Assembly: GCF_006345805.1 (NCBI RefSeq)
Contig: NC_042998.1
Location: 207,080,001 to 207,144,000, forward strand
Reading direction: 5' to 3'
Source of the DNA: Octopus sinensis
Lineage: Eukaryota
Length of the DNA: 64,000 nucleotides
Shown: positions 12,279 to 23,560 of the stretch, piece after piece
Position numbering within the stretch: position 1 is the first letter of the stretch
Layout of the letters: each line of letters opens with the position of its first letter
Made by a program: the position numbers and the translations under genes
The notes under the pieces: generated by a model
The model's input: only the letters and a program-made list of their open reading frames with translations
What the model was told of the DNA's origin: nothing
The model's database searches: none

Positions 12279-12821
12279 CATACATAAAGTCAAGGGTACA
12301 TAACATCTTGGCGTGAAATTGTGTTTGACCCGCTGGCTGTGACTGATGAAGAATTGGTGACCTGCGTCTGTTTTCCATTTGTTTGTACATTTATTACATG
12401 CTTTCTACCTTGTGTGTCTGTGTATATGTATATATACATATATATATATATACATGCATATATGGGCACAGGACATCACCAACAGTAAACAACAAGAAAT
12501 ACGAAAACAAATGAGGTCAATAGACAAACAACGAGGGAAACAAATGGAAAACAGGACAAGTAACATAAAGAACGACCCTTCATCAATTGTCCACTGAGTC
12601 CATCTACTCTTCATTTCGAGCATTCAACGACAATATGAGTCTCCAAAGACAGTTGCTCCCATAAATACCAAAATAAAATTCATGATTTATGGAGGGTCAA
12701 AGTCGGGAACAAAAACAGGACAGTGGAGACATAGAAGGAAACCGAAGGAAAACAAGCATGGAGGGTCGTTAGACCAGAACGAGGGTAAAATAGCGAATGC
12801 TGGAGAAATATTTTCTTTGAT

Positions 12822-12921
12822 CAAACGCCAGAATGTAAGTGAGTAAGACAAATGAAAAAATACAAAATCTTTATATTTTGTATCTTTTCATTTGTCTTGC
12901 TTGCTTACGTTCTGGTGTTTG
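12822..12921. repeat. 47-bp-arm inverted repeat with a 6-nt loop
   Basis: 41/47 Watson-Crick pairs; 5 of the 6 other positions are G.U pairs on the + strand. Confidence 0.9.
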
Positions 12922-13118
12922 CTAAATTTTCTTGGGAACATTCCTTTCTTAGTGGTAAGACCATAGCGGATCTACTTCTAGCATAATGGATGTCCACTTA
13001 GTGGTCATCCCACTTATATGTATGTGTGTGTGTGCATATATATATATGTGACCTCGTGAGTACCGCTGGCGATTTTTTTTCCTCCGTCTTCCCTTATCAG
13101 GATCTTTCCTTCTCCTAT

Positions 13119-13153
13119 GTTTCTGACGAAGAGCTCCGCTCGAAACGTTAAAC
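13119..13153 (+). ncRNA. 35-nt minimal type I hammerhead motif (family C), intact
   Basis: GTTT CTGACGA A GAGC TCC GCTC GAA ACGT T AAAC. Confidence 0.85.
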
Positions 13154-13411
13154 CCTCCTTCTTCCCTTCTTTCCTGAGCGTCAATAATACTTTATTTGTT
13201 CCACATCCTCGCGTTGTTGTGTTTTTTTTGTGTTTTCTTGTTTGGATTAACTATATATATATATATTTAAGTAGTTGAATGAATTATCCTAGTATGGATA
13301 ATTTGGTTAACCGATACCTGGGTAGCAAATTCATGTCAGAAAAACACGGTTGAAGCTACATGCCAAGGGCAGAGATCACGTGCTTTCGTGTGGAAATTTG
13401 TGTGTTTTTTA

Positions 13412-13502
13412 ATACAAATAAATGAAAGAATGGAGTTGAACGACGATTTAACAAAAGGAATTTTGTTAAATCGTTGTTCAACTCCATTCTTTCATTTATT
13501 TG

Positions 13503-13505
<3 letters not shown>
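13412..13505. repeat. 45-bp-arm palindrome with a GGAA loop
   Basis: 44/45 matched. Confidence 0.95.
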
Positions 13506-13538
<33 letters not shown>

Positions 13539-15679
13539 AAGGTTTTGAGTTTTCCTGTTTGAATTACCAAAATCTTTGTGTGTGTGTGTGTGTGTATGAT
13601 AGTGAATGATGATAACCCTCAGCCTGTCTATCTCTCTTTTTCTCTGTTTGAGAAAGAGGGAGCAAAAGAGGAAGAAAGAAATAGTTTATTTATAGGCAGA
13701 TAAGGAAGGGCAGGTTCAAGATAAGTGATCTCTATATTTGTCTGTTTTATAAGACAAGGAATGAGATGGCGACAGAAATAACTTTTACGAGGAAAGGCAA
13801 GGACAGACAAAAAAAAAATTTATGATTCACAGTTTTATGGTAAAAATAGGAAAATAGATAATTTATAGGTACAGGTGTGACTGTGTTAAGTAGCTTGCTT
13901 ACGAACCACATGGTTCTGAGTTCAGTCTCACTGCGTGGCACCTTGGGCAATTGTCTTCTACTATAGCCTCAGGCTGACCAAAGCCTTTCAAGTGGATTTG
14001 GTAGATGGAAATTGAAAGAAGCTGTTGAATATATGTATACCTATGTGTGTGTGTGTGTGTTTTTCCCCCTCCCCTTCTTAACAACCGGTGTTGGTATATT
14101 TATGTCCCTGTAACTTAGCAGTTTGGCAAAAGAGACTTGTTAAAAAAAAAGTCTTGGCGTCAATTTGTTTGACTAAAACCCTTCAAAAGTGGTGCCCCAA
14201 CTTGGCCCCAACCAAATGAGTGAATCAAGTAAAAGATACAAGTTGAAATGTATAAAATATAAGGATAAAATCCATTTCAAGAATTTATCAAAAAGCCAGC
14301 GTGAAAAACCATTCCTATATATATATATATTTTGTTAGTCTTTTACTAGTTGCAGCCATTTGACAGCAGCCATGCTGGAGCACTGCCTTTAGTTGAACAG
14401 TTGAGCAAAATAGAATGATAGAACAAGTGGCAGGCTTAAAAACAAAACAAGTACTGGGAGGGGAGTTGGATTCATTTTATTAAAATTCTTCAAAGCCATG
14501 CCCCAGCATGGCCACAGTCTAGGGCCTGAAACAAGTAAACGATGAATAAAACCCCCCATGAATGCAAATATTTAAGGGGTAACTTTGGGGTGAGGGAAAC
14601 TAAGGTGCTGTGAGTATCTAATGCTTAGAAGCCCTGGATTAGCAGTGTGGTAAGGAGTTTGGTTTCCAACCACAAGGTGCCAGGTTCAATCCTACTGCAT
14701 GCCACCTTGGGCAAGTGTCTTCTATTATAGCTTCAGGCCAACCGAAACCAAGTGTTTTGAGTGGATTTGGTAGATGGAAACTGAAAGAAGCCTGTCACAT
14801 ATATGTAATGTCGATGTGTGTTTGTGTTTGTCCCCTACAACTGCAATTCAGCAAAACAAAATGGTAGAATATGTATCAGGCTTAAAGAGAAAATAAGTAC
14901 AAAGGTTGATTTGTTCAAGTAAACCCTTCAATGTGGTGTCCCAGCATGGCCACAGTCTAATTCCTGAAACAAGATTCATCATCAGCATCATTTAACCCAT
15001 GCTGGCATGGGTTGGATGATTTGACTGGACTGGCATGCTGGAAGGCTGCACCAGACTCCAGTCTGATTTGGCATGGTTTTCTACAGCTGGATGCCCTTCC
15101 TGACACCAACCACTCTGAGAGTGTAATGGGTGCTTTTACGTGCCACCGGCTTGGGTGCCATTTGTGTGACACCAATATTTCTCACAACAATGACTTTGCT
15201 CGGCTTGATGGGCCTTCTTCTCAAGCACAACACAAGGTCAAAGGTCTTGGTCATTGCCTCCATGAGGCCCAACACTCAAAAGGAACTGAACTGTTTTAAT
15301 TATATATATTTATGTATGTAGATACAAACTTTAGGTTAGTTAAGATATGTTTGTGACAGATTCCAACTCCTAAAGTCAAATTCACTGCATTTACCATGAA
15401 GGAGAGATTCTCTCTTTTGGCAGAAAGTATCAAAACACCACATGTGCTCAGTGCTTCCTTCCAGCGACTTCTCAGATGCATGATTCTGGCTCTTTAGCCT
15501 CCTCCTTCAAAGGGAAATCTGATGAATGCTAACTTTGGCCAAAGCAGTCAACATCAAGTGACTGAGTTGCACTAGTGGACCCCCCCCCCCCCGCCACTTG
15601 CTAACCAGAATTGAACAGCAGCACCGGGCAGGGATTAGAACTAACCAAAATTTTTTTTCTTCCTAATCACTGCTTGGCA

Positions 15680-16162
15680 CTGATCTGCTGCCCTGGGTCC
15701 AGAAGGTGGCTGCTGGAAGACCCTATGTCTAGCAACAGGACTCTGCACCATGCCACACGAACAGGAGAACCCAGTCATGGATGTCAGACAATTTCTGTGA
15801 CCACATCACCCCTAACATCTGGTCGCCTAACTCCTCAGACTGCAACCTCCTTGATCATTATGTGTGGGGCACGGTTGAGTGAGAGACCAACAGAACTGCT
15901 TGTAATACCAAAGATCTACTGAAGGCAAAGATTATGGCAGCATTCACCAATTTAAACAAGGTGACCATCCAGAAGAGTTGCAGGTGATTCTGAAGTCGTC
16001 TGGAGGCTGTTGTTGAAGCCAATGGTGATTTTATTGAATAGATTTACTGTTTAGTATTTCAAGATATTTTTATGTAATTTCAGTAAATATATCTGTTAAA
16101 ATAAGATGTCAGTATTGTTTTCATTTTTGCATAATTTAGACAACAGTTTATTCACTGTATCC
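15680..16162 (+). mobile_element. Tc1/mariner transposase relic with DD37D (maT-type) spacing
   Basis: QQDSAPCH...WSPNSSDCNLLDHYVWG with 37 residues between the two Asp residues, then ...SRLEAVVEANGDFIE*; in-frame stops. Confidence 0.85.
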
Positions 16163-16235
16163 TATATACATACATACATACATATATATATATAGAACAA
16201 ATGGTGAGGGATTATCAATCTGGGGGAAATACTTC

Positions 16236-16461
16236 TTAACCCTTTTGATACCAACCCAGCCAAAACCGCCTCTGGCTCTGTAGTACAAATGTCTTTCATA
16301 AGTTCTGAATTAAAATCTTCCACCAAACCTTAGTCACAATTTATGTTCCCAACACTAGCTTAATGATAACTAAGTTCTTTTACTAAATTCTTTGTTATAT
16401 TTGAAATTAATTGAATGAAGCACAGAACATCTCAAAATAAATACGGTAATGAAAGGGTTAA
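16236..16461. mobile_element. piggyBac-type MITE (TTAA ends)
   Basis: ttaacccttttgatacc ... ggtaatgaaagggttaa; same family as the 18159 and 18415 copies. Confidence 0.85.
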
Positions 16462-17077
16462 GATCTCTGTTTGCCCACCAGGCTAACAATATTGTTTGGA
16501 TTAGTGAAGAACTTAAAATATTCCTAAGGCCAGGTCTGAGGTTACGGTTCATCATTAAGGTTAGTCATCATCATCATCATCATCGTCATTCAATGTCCAT
16601 TTTCCATGCTGACATGAACTCGATGGTCTGACAGGAGCTGCACTGGGCTCCAATTGTCCGTCTTGGCATGGTTTCTCCAGCTGGATGCTCTTCGTAATGC
16701 CGACCACCTTACAGAGTGGACTGGTCAGTGATGCAATAAATTAGCTTTGACTGGTCACACAAGTAACAAGACAGCAATAGTGATCTGTGCATCATCATCA
16801 TCATCATTTGATGTCCTCCTTCCAAGCTGGCAAAGGTTGAATGGTTTGCATATGCATGAGAACCAGGAGTGACTAATCAAACAAAAGCAACAGCTAAAGA
16901 GACTCTCTTGTTGACCATTTCAATAGCAAATGGCAGTGACCTCAATGTCACGGCTGATGGCCTTTAATGGAGATGTTGAATAACAACCTCAGAGGTTATC
17001 CAAGGACAATAGGAAACTATGGTTGAGAAACATGAAATTAAGAGTGTCCAAAGATCTTGGAGTTCTGTGATGCAAAT

Positions 17078-17354
17078 CAGTGGTTTCCAAAGTGGGCAGT
17101 ACTGCCCCCCCCCATTGGGGACAGTGGAAAGATCCAGAGAGACACTGAAGAAATGTGAGGTGATAATGGGGTGGCCAAAATGGGGTGATAGATGTAAAAA
17201 AAATATAATTATCAAGAGGTTAATTAGGTTTAAGTTTTATTTGTGAAATAAAGTTGTTTTGAATTTGCTGCCGAAAGTGGTTTATATTTGTGGTGGGGAG
17301 GGCGAGGGGTGGGGGCCAAGTGGGTGGCAGCCTGAAAATGTTTGAGAATTACTG
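17078..17354. mobile_element. hAT (Charlie-like) MITE, degenerate
   Basis: Ends cagtggtttccaaa / tttgagaattactg resemble CAGTGGTTCCCAA-type TIRs; no clear 8-bp TSD. Confidence 0.45.
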
Positions 17355-18158
17355 AGCCGGTCACCTGACCAGCTCATGTAAACATACAAGCCCGGAAGAC
17401 TTGATACTCAATGGTAAACAAGATAGACAGATACAAAATGTCATAACTTTGAGTGTTGGCTCTAAATTCTATAGAAAAATCTGTAGAGATAAAACTTTAA
17501 ATGAAAGCAACACACTCATCATCATCATCATCGGTTAACGTCTGCTTTCCATGCTGGCATGGGTTGGACGGTTTGACTGAGGACTGGCAAGTCAGAAGGC
17601 TGCACCAGGCTCCAATCTTGACCTGGCAGAGTTTCTACAGCTGGATGCCCTTCCTAATGCCAACCACTCTGAGAGTGTAGTGGGTGCTGTTTTCGTGCCA
17701 CTGGCACAGGTGCCAGTCAGGCGGCACTGGCATTGGCCATACTCAAATGGTGCTATTTACATGCCACTAGCACTGGTGCCAGTCAGGCAGCACTTGAATC
17801 GGTCATGCTTGAATGGTGCTTTTTATGTGCCAGCAGATTGGGGGAAAAGCACCATTTGAATGTGGCCGATGCCAGTGCTGCCTGACTGGCACCCATTGCA
17901 AAAAGGTAAGACACATTATTGACTTTTAAACCTTTTGATATACTTGGTAGCATGTTATTGGTTGCAACGCAAAATATGGTGTCCATACCAGTAATTAATA
18001 GGACAGATAGTTGTGACTAATATGTTTTCCCTCAGTGAATAACAATCCCCTCAACAAAGATTAATGATCAGGGATGTCAGAGCAGGAGACTGACAGAGCC
18101 AGGCAAGCAACACAATGTGAAGAAGAAAGGTAAAAATGTTGACAGTCCTTAACTAGAC

Positions 18159-18391
18159 TTAACCCTTTCATTACCAACCTGGCTGAAACCAGCTCTGGCT
18201 CTGTAGTACAAATGTCTTGTTTTCAAAAGTTCTGAATTAAAATCTTCCACCAAACCTTAGTCACAATTTATGTTCCTAACACTAGCTTAATGATAATAAC
18301 TAAGTTATTTTACTAAATTCTTTGTTATATTTAAAATTAATTGAAAGAAACATAAAGCATCTCAACAGAAATATGGTAACGAAAGGGTTAA
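18159..18391. mobile_element. piggyBac-type MITE
   Basis: TIRs ttaaccctttcattacc / ggtaacgaaagggttaa. Confidence 0.9.
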
Positions 18392-18414
18392 AATATATAA
18401 TAGAGAAACAATTC

Positions 18415-18641
18415 TTAACCCTTTCGATATCAACCTGGCTGAAACCTGTTCTGGCTCTGAGTACAAATGTCTTGTTTTCATAAGTTTTGAATTAAAATCT
18501 TCCACCAAACCTTAATCACAATTTATGTTCCTAACACGAGCTTAATGATAATGAAGTTATTTTACTAAATTCTTTGTTATATTTAAAATTAATTGAAAGA
18601 AACAGAGCATCTGAACAGAAATATTGTAACGAAAGGGTTAA
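18415..18641. mobile_element. piggyBac-type MITE
   Basis: TIRs ttaaccctttcgatat / gtaacgaaagggttaa; starts 23 bp after the previous copy. Confidence 0.9.
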
Positions 18642-19105
18642 GTTCAAAGGATTAACAGTTGACATATATGCCATGAAAGGTAAGAAGACAAGGAAAAAGG
18701 GGGCAATTGGGAGTTTTCACAAAACAATCTGCTGTGCAAGAGACAATGATACAATTTTGGGGATTGTTTAAATGATGGAATCCCCTCTGATGAGACTCCA
18801 ATGAAGGATGTCTACTGCATAGGTTTATATGTATGCGCATTATTTTGTCACAGTGGTCCGTTACTCTGGAGTTTCCTTGATGTGTGGTTGGTTCCTTGCA
18901 TAGAGGAAGAACAGACAAGGAGTGAACACACAACTCTCTGCTGACGGAGGAGGCTGGCGGACATAAAACTGTATAAACCTACAAGCTGGCTTTCCACTGT
19001 GATTGGTTGAAGAAAAACTAAGATTGGAATGTTTTTACCCATTGCTTACTGTTCGAATAACCAGCAGCACATTGAGGAAAGGTCTCGCTAAATAAAACAT
19101 GATTT

Positions 19106-19541
19106 TACAGTTCTATATTAAAGAGATGAGGAATTATGTACATTATTTACGTTATTACATTTGATAGATATTTGTCCTCATCTTGTTTGTTGTTAACACG
19201 TTTCGGCTGATATACTCTCCAGCCTTCATCAGGTGTCTTGGGGAAGTTCCGAGCCTGGGTTCTCATTCCTAAGGTATTTTTTGAGGTTATTCTTTTTTCT
19301 TTTTTTTTTTTATTTATTCTTTTTACTTGTTTCAGTCATTTTGACTGCGGCCATGCTGGAGCACCGCCTTTAATCGAGCAACTCGACCCCGGGACTTATT
19401 CTTTGTAAGCCCAGTACTTAGTCTATTGGTCTCTTTTCTCGAACCGCTAAGCGATGGGGACATAAACACACCAGCATCGGTTGTCAAGCAATGCTAGGGG
19501 TACAAACACAGACACACAAACATATATATATATATATATAT

Positions 19542-19582
<41 letters not shown>

Positions 19583-20067
19583 TATGACGGGCTTCTTTCA
19601 GTTTCTCTCTACCAATCCACTCACAAGGCTTTGGTCGGCCCGAGGCTATAGTAGAAGACACTTGCCCAAGGTGCCATGCAGTGGGACTGAACCCGGAACC
19701 ATGTGGTTGGTAAACAAGCTACTTACCACACAGCCACTCCTGCGCCTTATTATTATTATTATTAAGGTGGCGAGCTTGGCAGAAACATTAGCACGCCGGG
19801 CGAAATGCTTAGCGGATTTCGTTTATCTTTACATTCTGAGTTCAAATTCCGCTGAGATCATCTTGGCCTTTCATCCTTTTGGAGTCGATAAATAAAGTAC
19901 CAGTTGCATACTGGGTCGATCTAATCGACTCACCCCATCCCCCCAAAATTTTGGGTCTAGTGCCCTAGGGTAGAAAAGATTATTATTATTATTATCATTA
20001 TTGAGGTCACTCGGAATCTTGGGGTTAGTAGCCCGTGCTCTTAACCACTACGCCATATGCCTGTGGG
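19106..20067 (-). mobile_element. tRNA-HHR SINE copy split by two nested SINEs
   Basis: Tail at 19106-19290 and head at 20003-20067; the intervening 19319-19746 and 19765-19979 belong to other SINE families and sit in the (AAT)n linker. Confidence 0.7.
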
Positions 20068-20534
20068 CATCTTATCTTATTACTTATCTCAGTCTCATGC
20101 CCTGCTTGACAACCAGTGTTGGTGTGGTTACGTCCTAAAACAAAGTACTGGGGTTGATTTATTTGACTAAAAATTCTTTGAGATGGTGCTTCAGCATGGC
20201 ATGGCTGCAATCTATTGGAGACACACACAAACACATGCGATGGGCTTCTCTCAGTTTTCCTCTAAACGCTCTCATAAGAGTTTACCAAAGCCTAAGGTTA
20301 TAGTAAAAGACACTTGCTCAGGGTCCCATGTAGAGGTACTGAACATAAAATCTGGAGTACTAAGTTATGTCCATGTTCTTTCTCTTATATATATATATAA
20401 CATACTAATAAATATCTGTAAATATAAAACCATCCTGATTTCTGAGTACCTCTTTTCTTCTAATATCTATCTATCTATATATACATATATATATATGTGT
20501 GTGGGGGGGGGTGTAGAAGGTTGAAAAGGAACAC

Positions 20535-22094
20535 ATGAGTTGATGTATATATGGGAAAAAATGTCAAGGTAGAAAATGCTAAAATAATTTTATAAAAAAC
20601 ATTTCAGTACCGGTTTCGGTCATTGAGACTTTTTCAACTGTAAGTATGGAAAACAATTGAATTTTAGAAAAATTAAATGAAAAGTTTTTTTAAAAGAATA
20701 TTTGCATAGTGTTTGAATACAAGAAGCATTTTCCTTGTTTCTGCCTGTCTCTGTATCTCTTGTTTACTCTTGTGGGTTCAAGGTTGTTGTGAATTCTTGG
20801 CAGGGAAGAAGAAAGAGAAGGAGAAGAAGAAGAAGGAGGAGAAGAAGAAGGAGGAGGAGGAGAAGAAGAATGTGTGAGTGCCATGATAGTAGTAGAATGT
20901 TAAATGTTCAAGTGCCCTGAAAGTGACTTGTGGATGGTAGTAGCGATTGAATTCTTGAGATATCTCTTTTGAATGTATTGTTTATAATATTTGCATAGTT
21001 GTTATTCTAAACAACAATAGTGGTTAGGAAGGCGGTGGCGGAGAGGAAGAAGACGAAGAAGAAGCAGGAGAAAGACAAGGGAAAATAAGAAAGGAATGTA
21101 GGTGGTATGATAGTAGTAGGATGTTAAATGGTCAAGTGACGTAAAAGTGGTTTGTTGTGGATTATAGCAGTGATTGGGACTTTTGGTTGTTATGAATTCT
21201 TGTGTACCTCTTGAATGCATCATTTTAAATTTTTGTGTGTGTGTTTATGTTATTCTAAGACTGTGGTGGATATGTCTGTTGTAGATGCGTTCAAAAGGGG
21301 TCTTTATTTTGTAATAAAGAGAGTATCTTTACTAATTCGTTGGCTCAAGGTTGTATCGTCCCTGAATTGGTAGAGAGGAAAAATTCTGAAGCTTGGATTT
21401 TTGTTATTGGCGCAAATTTTGATGTGTTGGCTGAATGCTATTTTGCTGTTTTGGGGAATTTTGATCTGGGATCTGTGTAGAGCCATTCTTTTACGTAGGC
21501 TGTTTTTTGTTTGGCCTATGTATTGCTCATGACACCCAGAAAAGGTTGTGCGTGTATCAGGTTCTCTGAAGCACATGTGAAGCTGTTTTTCCCTGTGAAA
21601 CATTGTCCCTGTTTGAAGGAGAACTCTGATCCCTCAATTAAAATGCAGAAGAGCCACAGTTGGGTCTTCTGCATTTTTTTACTGATGGCTTCTGTGTTGT
21701 TATTGAGTATATTCAAGCTTGTATTAGGAGACTTTTCAGAGTTTTGAGTTGTCTCTTGTTTTTTATGATGGTGTGTGTTTGGTGGGTTAAGTTCATTCTG
21801 TGGTCCTTTTTTAGCAGGGGATGTTTTGGGGATGGTGTCGAAGGCTACATTGTTGAGAGAGTTGTGTGTGGAGATGTATGGTAAGGCTTTTGGTTGTAAA
21901 TCTTTCTTTAATTTGGGATGTCTGAGTTCATGGATGTTGAAAGCATATGTCAATTAGTGAAGGTGGGTAGTTCCTGGTGATGAGTGTATCTTTAAGTTCA
22001 TGTAGTTGTGTGTCTCTGCTATTTGCATTAGAAACTATAGTAGATATCCTTTTTGCTAGGTTGAAGGGGATATTCATTCTGGTGTGTCTGGGGT

Positions 22095-22095
<1 letters not shown>
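20535..22095 (-). mobile_element. Penelope-like element relic (RT C-terminus, GIY-YIG endonuclease, pLTR)
   Basis: HTRMNIPFNLAKRISTIVSN...LHELKDTLITRNYPPSLID and CHEQYIGQTKNSLRKRMALHRSQI...FSQHI, frameshifted; pLTR-like segment with a hammerhead-like motif downstream. Confidence 0.85.
20605..20640 (-). ncRNA. Hammerhead-like motif with a U3-A8 core in the Penelope pLTR
   Basis: CAG TTGAAAA A GTC TCAAT GAC C GAA ACCGGT A CTG; degenerate copies at 31515-31551 and 31770-31806. Confidence 0.55.
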
Positions 22096-22142
<47 letters not shown>

Positions 22143-22266
22143 TAATAATGATGATATGACAACAAAAGAATGAATGAGACCTCGATATTATGAAAAATAG
22201 AGGAATTTATCTATAAATACAATATGTGACAATTAGATGGTTGTCATAATAAAACTCAGTTTCTCT

Positions 22267-22329
22267 TAATAACTGATGAGATGCTGGAGCAGACTTCAGT
22301 CCCAGCATCCAAAACTCTGAGTTTTATTA
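22267..22329 (+). ncRNA. Hammerhead motif family D, G12 apparently mutated to A
   Basis: TAATAA CTGATGA GATGCTGG-loop-CCAGCATC C AAA ACTCTGAGT T TTATTA. Confidence 0.6.
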
Positions 22330-22886
22330 TGACAACCAACTAATTGTCACATATTATATATATATATTTGGTTTTTAGCTTTGGTTTGCAAGATTCTACA
22401 TGTGAGTTTGTATGTTGAAGCATATTCTGTTGTGTCTGGGGAGAGCAGTTCTCTTTTAGTGCCTTATAATTTAACACACTTTTCAATAGTTTTTTTAATA
22501 GTCGTTGACTATTGAAAAGTGTGTTAGATAATAAGGCACTAAAAGGTTGCAAGACACAATGAAAATTTTAGGAAAAATAAAGAAATGAATGAGTGGAAAC
22601 TTTACCAGTGAGTGTGTCAAATAATAAGACACTAAAAGAGAATGACTCTCCCCAGACACAACAATAAACAAATATATATATATATATCATCATCATCGTT
22701 TAACATCTGTTTTCCATGCTAGCATGGGTTGGATGGTTCGACCGGGGTCTGGGAAACCAGAAGGCTGCACCAGGCCCAGTCTGATTTGGCAGTGTTTCTA
22801 CAGCTGGATGCCCTTCCTAACGCCAACCACTCCGTCAGTGTAGTGGGTGCTTTTTACGTGCCAGACGAGGCTGGCAAATATATACA

Positions 22887-23203
22887 TATATAAATAAAAA
22901 GGGGCAGGCAACAGGTTGCTTAGCCACATACCGAAAAAAGACTGTTTATTTCTATTTTCTACAAATAAGTTACGTTGATAAGGATATGAATTTATGATTC
23001 TAATCCAGAAACACGTCCGTAAATAACCCCAGACTTTGTTTTCATTATTTTTTCCTTCTGTTTTACATATGTGAATTACATGGATATGTTATATGTGGAG
23101 TCTTATTTGTAGAAAATAGAAATAAACAGTCTTTGACTGCTATTTCTAATTTTTTCGGTATGTGGCTAAGCAACCTGTTGCCTGCTCCCTTTTTATTTAT
23201 ATA
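22887..23203. repeat. Imperfect fold-back (arms about 22887-22970 and 23102-23203)
   Basis: The arms match except for an 18-nt insertion in the right arm; related sequence at 50625-50720. Confidence 0.8.
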
Positions 23204-23359
23204 CAAATATATATATAGAATGTTTTTTTAAAAAAGTTCCTACCGATAATGGTTATATTTACATACTGAAATCTACCCAAAAATAATTGTTGGGTTTTTT
23301 TAAAACTATTAATTATTTACCCTTATATTATTAATAATGAAATATATATATATATGTAT

Positions 23360-23560
23360 ATATTGTTATATTTCGGAATGGTCATTTTGCCAGTTTAGCC
23401 AATAAAAACACACGCACTATATATTTGGTGTTACTTTGCTTCAGTGTTATTTATTTTTTACATTAATCTTAATCTTATTTCGGCCATATATATCCTTATA
23501 TAGTGCGTGTGTTTTTATTGGCTAAACTGGCAAAATGACCATTCCGAAATATAACAATAT
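23360..23560. repeat. Perfect 64-bp inverted repeat with a 73-bp spacer
   Basis: 23360-23423 is the exact reverse complement of 23497-23560. Confidence 0.95.

Noticed and set aside
12340-12600. CTGATGA (+, near 12345) and TTGATGA-AGGG...CCCT (-, near 12580) in a Penelope-like fragment
   Set aside because: The GAAA half of the core and stem III cannot be identified; possibly very decayed HHRs but unsupported.
14395-14420. Minus-strand FYFAQ resembling the end of the RCAN RRM exon
   Set aside because: No GT donor follows, and it lies in a decayed SINE fragment.
18781-18820. CTGATGA followed by a GACTCC/GGATGTC hairpin
   Set aside because: No GAAA or stem III follows, so it is not a hammerhead.
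18900-19010. CCAAT, GGAAA and TATA-like motifs on the minus strand suggesting another promoter
   Set aside because: The spacing to an Inr is non-canonical and there is no convincing first exon or donor.
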